From a bacterium (lineage in GTDB: Bacteria > CAYTYR01 > UBA6262), in contig JAQTPL010000004.1 in assembly GCA_028712895.1 (NCBI GenBank), positions 1,682 through 65,681 on the forward strand: a stretch of 64,000 nt of DNA, written 5' to 3'. The translations under genes were made by a program, and so were the position numbers. Below are positions 59,995 through 64,000 of the stretch, one piece after another (the first letter of the stretch is position 1; every line of letters begins with the position of its first letter). Under the pieces are notes generated by a model. That model was not told where the DNA came from. It saw only the letters and a program-made list of their open reading frames with translations, and searched no databases.

Positions 59995-61368
59995 TCACCC
60001 TACTTTTGGGAGATGTTTTAGCGCCTCTTTCACTTTTTCCGTCGGATATTCATAGTCTTCCAGCTGTTTGCTGAAATACTTATCATAACTGGTCATATCA
60101 AAGTGACCATGTCCGCTCAGGTTAAAGACGATGCACTTGGATTCATTGTTCTTCTTGCACAGCAACGCTTCATCGATCGCCACCCTGATAGCATGTGATG
60201 ATTCCGGAGCCGGGATAATGCCTTCGGTCCGGGCAAACTGTACCGCTGCTTCAAAACACGGGTTCTGGTGCACAGCCCTGGCCTCTACCAGACCGGTCTT
60301 CACGGCCAAACTTACCAGCGGGGAACAACCGTGATATCTCAATCCGCCGGCATGTATTCCCGGCGGCATGAAAGTATGTCCCAGAGTATACATTTTCAGC
60401 AACGGGGTTAAACCGACTGTATCACCGAAATCATAGGTGAACGGCCCTTTGGTCAAGGTTGGGCAGCTATGCGGTTCAACAGCGATCATCTTGATGTTCT
60501 GTCCCTTTTTCTTATCCGGAATGAACGGGAAAGCAAATCCGGCGAAATTACTGCCGCCACCGACACAACCTATTAGTACATCGGCTTTCTCACCGGCTTT
60601 TTTAAGCTGTTCCCTGGTTTCTAATCCAATAATGGTCTGATGTAACATCACGTGGTTTAATACACTGCCTAAAGCATATTTGGCATCATCATGCGTGGCA
60701 GCATCTTCCACTGCTTCACTGATGGCCATCCCTAGTGAACCATTAGAATTCGGATCTTCTTTCAAAAACGCCCTTCCCGAATTAGTCTTATCAGAGGGTG
60801 AGGCAAAAGCTTCCCCACCCCAGGTCTGCATCATCAATTTACGATATGGTTTCTGGTCAAAACTGACTTTTACCATATAAACAGTGCATTTAAGATCAAA
60901 CAAAGCAGTAGCAAAAGACAACGCGCTGCCCCATTGACCAGCGCCAGTCTCTGTACAGAGCCTCTTAACCCCTTCTTTTTTATTGTAATAAGCCTGGGCT
61001 ATAGCAGTGTTTGGTTTGTGGCTGCCAGCCGGGCTCACGCTCTCGTTCTTGTAATATATCCTGGCCGGTGTACCTAATGCCCTTTCCAGGCGATGTGCCC
61101 GGACCAGGGGAGTCGGTCGCCATATTTTCAAAATATCAGTAACTTCCTGAGGTATTTCTATCCAGGGTTCCTGGGACATTTCCTGCTTGATCAATTCCAT
61201 AGGAAAAATAGGTGTAAAATCAGCTGCTTCAGCCGGTTTTCCGGTTTTAGGATTCAACGGCGGTGCTAAAGCCTCCGGGAGATCCGGCGCCACATTGTAC
61301 CAAGCTTTCGGCATTTCGCTTTCATTTAGCAAGATCTTGGTATCAGTCATAGACGATACTCCTCTCAA
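59995..61368 (-). CDS. TrpB-like PLP enzyme, TrpB2 family
   Basis: 457 aa with an N-terminal extension. [21 protein letters not shown]. Confidence 0.85.
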   Translation of the reverse strand: MRGVSSMTDTKILLNESEMPKAWYNVAPDLPEALAPPLNPKTGKPAEAADFTPIFPMELIKQEMSQEPWIEIPQEVTDILKIWRPTPLVRAHRLERALGTPARIYYKNESVSPAGSHKPNTAIAQAYYNKKEGVKRLCTETGAGQWGSALSFATALFDLKCTVYMVKVSFDQKPYRKLMMQTWGGEAFASPSDKTNSGRAFLKEDPNSNGSLGMAISEAVEDAATHDDAKYALGSVLNHVMLHQTIIGLETREQLKKAGEKADVLIGCVGGGSNFAGFAFPFIPDKKKGQNIKMIAVEPHSCPTLTKGPFTYDFGDTVGLTPLLKMYTLGHTFMPPGIHAGGLRYHGCSPLVSLAVKTGLVEARAVHQNPCFEAAVQFARTEGIIPAPESSHAIRVAIDEALLCKKNNESKCIVFNLSGHGHFDMTSYDKYFSKQLEDYEYPTEKVKEALKHLPKVG

Positions 61369-61380
61369 ATAATAGTGTTT

Positions 61381-62169
61381 CTATTTACTCATCAGCTCTT
61401 TTAAAGCCTTGCCAATATTGTCTTTTTTCTCCAACAAATAATGTCCTATTAGTATAGCATTTATATCCATTTCTTTCAACAGTTTTATGTCTGCTTTTGA
61501 CCGTATCCCGCTCTCGCTGACAACGATCTTCCCTTTAGGTATTTTCGGCCGCAATTTCACCGTATTATTAATATCCACTTTCAAAGTAGCCAGACTCCGG
61601 TTATTAATACCAATGATCTGGGCATCTGTATCCAGGACTTTTTTAAGATCATGGTCGGTATGCACTTCAACCAGGCAATCTAATCCCAGGCCTTTGGCTA
61701 TATCCAGAAACCGCTGTAACTCGCTGGTAAATAAAAGACTGGCGATGAGTAAGATCGCGTCAGCCCCGTAAAACCTGGATTCATAGATCTGGTATTCATC
61801 AATAATAAAATCCTTGCGCAAGACCGGCAGGGAAGTGACTTCCTTGACTACTGAAAGATGATAAATATCACCCAGGAAATACTTCTCTTCAGTTATTATG
61901 GAAATAGCGTCGGCATCATACGTTTCATAGGTCCGGGCTATCTTCCCGGGATTATAATTATCAACGATGATCCCAGCGCTGGGAGAAGCTTTTTTAACCT
62001 CAGCTATCACATGCAATGTATCTTTAGGTACTGCTATAGCAGTCTTAAAGTTCCTGGTCGGGGTGTGCTTATTGATCAATTTGCCTTGCAGCTCCCAAAG
62101 CGATACTGACTGTTTGGCTAAAGCTATTGACTTCTTTTTAGAATCGATGAATTTCTGCATTAAGCCCAT
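61381..62169 (-). CDS. trpC: indole-3-glycerol-phosphate synthase
   Basis: VIAEVKKASPSAG, INNRSLAT. Confidence 0.9.
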   Translation of the reverse strand: MGLMQKFIDSKKKSIALAKQSVSLWELQGKLINKHTPTRNFKTAIAVPKDTLHVIAEVKKASPSAGIIVDNYNPGKIARTYETYDADAISIITEEKYFLGDIYHLSVVKEVTSLPVLRKDFIIDEYQIYESRFYGADAILLIASLLFTSELQRFLDIAKGLGLDCLVEVHTDHDLKKVLDTDAQIIGINNRSLATLKVDINNTVKLRPKIPKGKIVVSESGIRSKADIKLLKEMDINAILIGHYLLEKKDNIGKALKELMSK

Positions 62170-62183
62170 ATAACCTCACATTT

Positions 62184-62204
62184 TTTCATTCGGTTTCTAT
62201 TCGC
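62184..62204. repeat. conserved stop-overlapping motif (mRNA sense GCGAATAGAAACCGAATGAAA), trpD-trpC junction
   Basis: The trpD stop TAG is embedded in the motif. Confidence 0.75.
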
Positions 62205-63264
62205 TTATTTTAGTATTGGTGTATTTTTTTAGCAGTTCCAGTTTTCCCATGGCTTTTCCTGAATCGATGCTATCTGCCGCAATTTTAATGCCGCTTTCCA
62301 TAGTAGAAGCTTTATCACCCACGTAGATGGCCGCTGCCGCATTTAGGAGGACAATATTCCGTTTTGGTCCTTTTTCACCCTTTAGGATATTCAAGATGAT
62401 CTGGGCATTGTCCTGAGCATTGCCGCCGCGGATCTCAGCCAATGACACGGCCTTCATGCCGAACTGTTCCGGACTAATATCATAACTTCTGACCTGGCCG
62501 TCTTTTAATTCTGCTACCCTGGTCGGCCCGGTAATGGAAATCTCGTCAATAGCGTCTTTACCATGTACCACCATTGCCCTTTTCACTCCCAGGTTTCCCA
62601 GAACTTTCGCCATTATTTCACAGAGATGTTCACTGTAGACTCCCAATACCTGGGCAGTAGCTTTGGCTGGATTGGATAGCGGGCCCAGGATATTGAAAAT
62701 AGTACGGATCCCGATCTGCTTGCGCGGTCCAGCCGCAAATTTCATCGCCCCATGTAATAAAGGCGCAAAAAGGAAACCAATGCCAATTTCGATAAGGCAT
62801 TTTTCCACTTCAGACGGTGGTATATTAAGATTAACGCCAAGAGTTTCGATCACATCAGCGCTGCCGCACAGGGAAGAAACTGACCGGTTACCGTGTTTAG
62901 CTACTTTTAATCCTGCCCCGGCGACGACAAAAGCGCTGGCCGTAGAAATATTAAAAGTATTGGTCCTGTCCCCGCCGGTACCGCAGGTGTCAATGATCGT
63001 TTCGCGGTCAATATTAATATCATCACGGTCCAGATCCACTACGCCATTATTCTTGACTCTGATCGGGGTAGCATGTTCACGCATCACTCTGGCACAGCCG
63101 GTGATCTCCTCCACGCTTTCGCCTTTCATGCGTAAAGCAGCGATAAAAGCGCCGATCTGCGCTTCTGTCGCTTCCCCGTTCATTATCTCATTCATTACAT
63201 CTATTGCTTCCTGCTCGGTCAGGTCCTTCTTTTCCACAATTTTCCCGATCGCTTCTTTAATCAT
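62197..63264 (-). CDS. trpD: anthranilate phosphoribosyltransferase
   Basis: [26 protein letters not shown]. Confidence 0.9.
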   Translation of the reverse strand: MIKEAIGKIVEKKDLTEQEAIDVMNEIMNGEATEAQIGAFIAALRMKGESVEEITGCARVMREHATPIRVKNNGVVDLDRDDINIDRETIIDTCGTGGDRTNTFNISTASAFVVAGAGLKVAKHGNRSVSSLCGSADVIETLGVNLNIPPSEVEKCLIEIGIGFLFAPLLHGAMKFAAGPRKQIGIRTIFNILGPLSNPAKATAQVLGVYSEHLCEIMAKVLGNLGVKRAMVVHGKDAIDEISITGPTRVAELKDGQVRSYDISPEQFGMKAVSLAEIRGGNAQDNAQIILNILKGEKGPKRNIVLLNAAAAIYVGDKASTMESGIKIAADSIDSGKAMGKLELLKKYTNTKISE

Positions 63265-63281
63265 TGGCTCCTCCGGAGCGC

Positions 63282-63302
63282 TTTCATTCGGCTTTTATTC
63301 GC
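63282..63302. repeat. conserved stop-overlapping motif (mRNA sense GCGAATAAAAGCCGAATGAAA), trpG-trpD junction
   Basis: The trpG stop TAA is embedded in the motif. 19 of 21 nt are identical to the trpD-trpC copy by eye. Confidence 0.75.
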
Positions 63303-63861
63303 AACGTATAAAATTTTCCAGGATCTTCTTGCCTTCTTTGGTCAAAATAGATTCAGGGTGAAATTGGACTCCATAAATAGCATGTTTCTTATGCCGCAGG
63401 CCCATGATCTCTTTTTCTTTGGTTTCAGCTGTGATCTCCAGGCACGCTGGCAGGCTTTTGCGCTCCACCAACAAGGAATGATACCTGGTAGCTTCAAAAG
63501 GATTGGTTAGTCCGCTGAATATTCCCTTACCCTTGTGGTAGATCAACGAAGTTTTGCCATGCATCAACCGGCCAGCCCTGACGATCTTGCCCCCAAAAGC
63601 ATAACCGATCGCCTGATGTCCAAGACATACCCCTAAGATCGGGATCTTGCCGGCATATTCCTGGATAACTCGTACGGAAATACCAGCTTCTTCAGGTGAT
63701 CCTGGCCCGGGAGAGATCACTATCTTACTAGGCTTGTATTTTTTAATATCAGCAACTGTAATCTCATCATTACGCACGACCTTCAGTTCCTGGCCAAGCT
63801 CTCCCAGGTACTGCACGAGATTATACGTAAACGAATCATAATTATCGATCATAAGAATCAT
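63295..63861 (-). CDS. trpG: anthranilate synthase component II (glutamine amidotransferase)
   Basis: ATG 63861 after GAGG gives [15 protein letters not shown] (the track start is TTG 63867). GVCLGHQ, FHPES. Confidence 0.85.
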   Translation of the reverse strand: MILMIDNYDSFTYNLVQYLGELGQELKVVRNDEITVADIKKYKPSKIVISPGPGSPEEAGISVRVIQEYAGKIPILGVCLGHQAIGYAFGGKIVRAGRLMHGKTSLIYHKGKGIFSGLTNPFEATRYHSLLVERKSLPACLEITAETKEKEIMGLRHKKHAIYGVQFHPESILTKEGKKILENFIRCE

Positions 63862-64000
63862 ATTCAAACCTCAATCTATATTTGATTTCAATTAAGCGAG
63901 CGCGGCCGCTGATGCCAGTGTAGAAAACGTTCGGAGCTTGAGTTGGCACGGACTCTTTATCCCCGTACTGTGGGGAACTCAAGCGAGAATTGAGTGCGTT

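Noticed and set aside
59203-63302. CGAAT-rich trp-operon spacers as TRAP (trp RNA-binding attenuation protein) binding sites
   Set aside because: TRAP sites are 9-11 (G/U)AG triplets spaced by 2-3 nt. Here the recurring word is CGAAU at 9-10 nt spacing, and the same motif occurs after accD and rmlB, outside trp.
63868-64000. C-terminal end of trpE
   Set aside because: The frame ending at TAA (63894 region) has an upstream TGA and no start. The only frame open to the edge encodes a non-TrpE-like sequence and would overlap trpG by over 20 nt.

Overview
The window is a 64-kb, moderately AT-rich segment from what looks like a diderm bacterium, since an LptD-like protein and O-antigen ligase-like proteins are present. 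Every credible gene (about 60) lies on the minus strand. The plus-strand ORFs in the track all look like antisense shadows. Nt 1-45000 hold a very large Wzx/Wzy-type surface-glycan locus. It contains at least three Wzy/WaaL-like membrane proteins, two Wzz-like co-polymerases, a Wzx flippase, a small PglC-type initiating transferase, several GT2/GT4 enzymes, a PglF-like dehydratase and aminotransferases. It also holds a ThDP E1 alpha/beta pair, a carbamoyltransferase, two radical SAM enzymes, methyltransferases, CMP-sugar synthetases, a DAHP-synthase-like/IolB-like module, and fcl, uxs, ugd, glf and rfbF. Nt 45000-50400 carry rmlA, an rmlC-like gene, a four-helix-bundle gene, rmlB and rmlD, plus a gmd-like gene. 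Nt 50400-57100 carry lptD-like, a ROK glucokinase, an orphan MalK-like ATPase, folC and accD. Nt 57100-63900 carry a trp operon in the order trpG-trpD-trpC-trpB2-trpF-trpB-trpA. I saw no tRNA, rRNA, CRISPR array, transposase, integrase or phage gene. The least ordinary content falls into three groups. First, the intercistronic spacers of the 45-64 kb part hold heptanucleotide tandem arrays, a CGAAT-rich motif that overlaps stop codons, GC-rich hairpin repeats, and a 268-bp element bounded by inverted repeats. Second, an inverted-repeat-bounded four-helix-bundle gene cassette sits inside the rml operon. Third, the glycan locus carries a non-canonical ulosonic-acid-type module and the scar of a cassette replacement. 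Functional calls rest on motifs read by eye and recalled family knowledge, and no database search was run. Hand-mapped repeat coordinates are good to about +/-2 nt.
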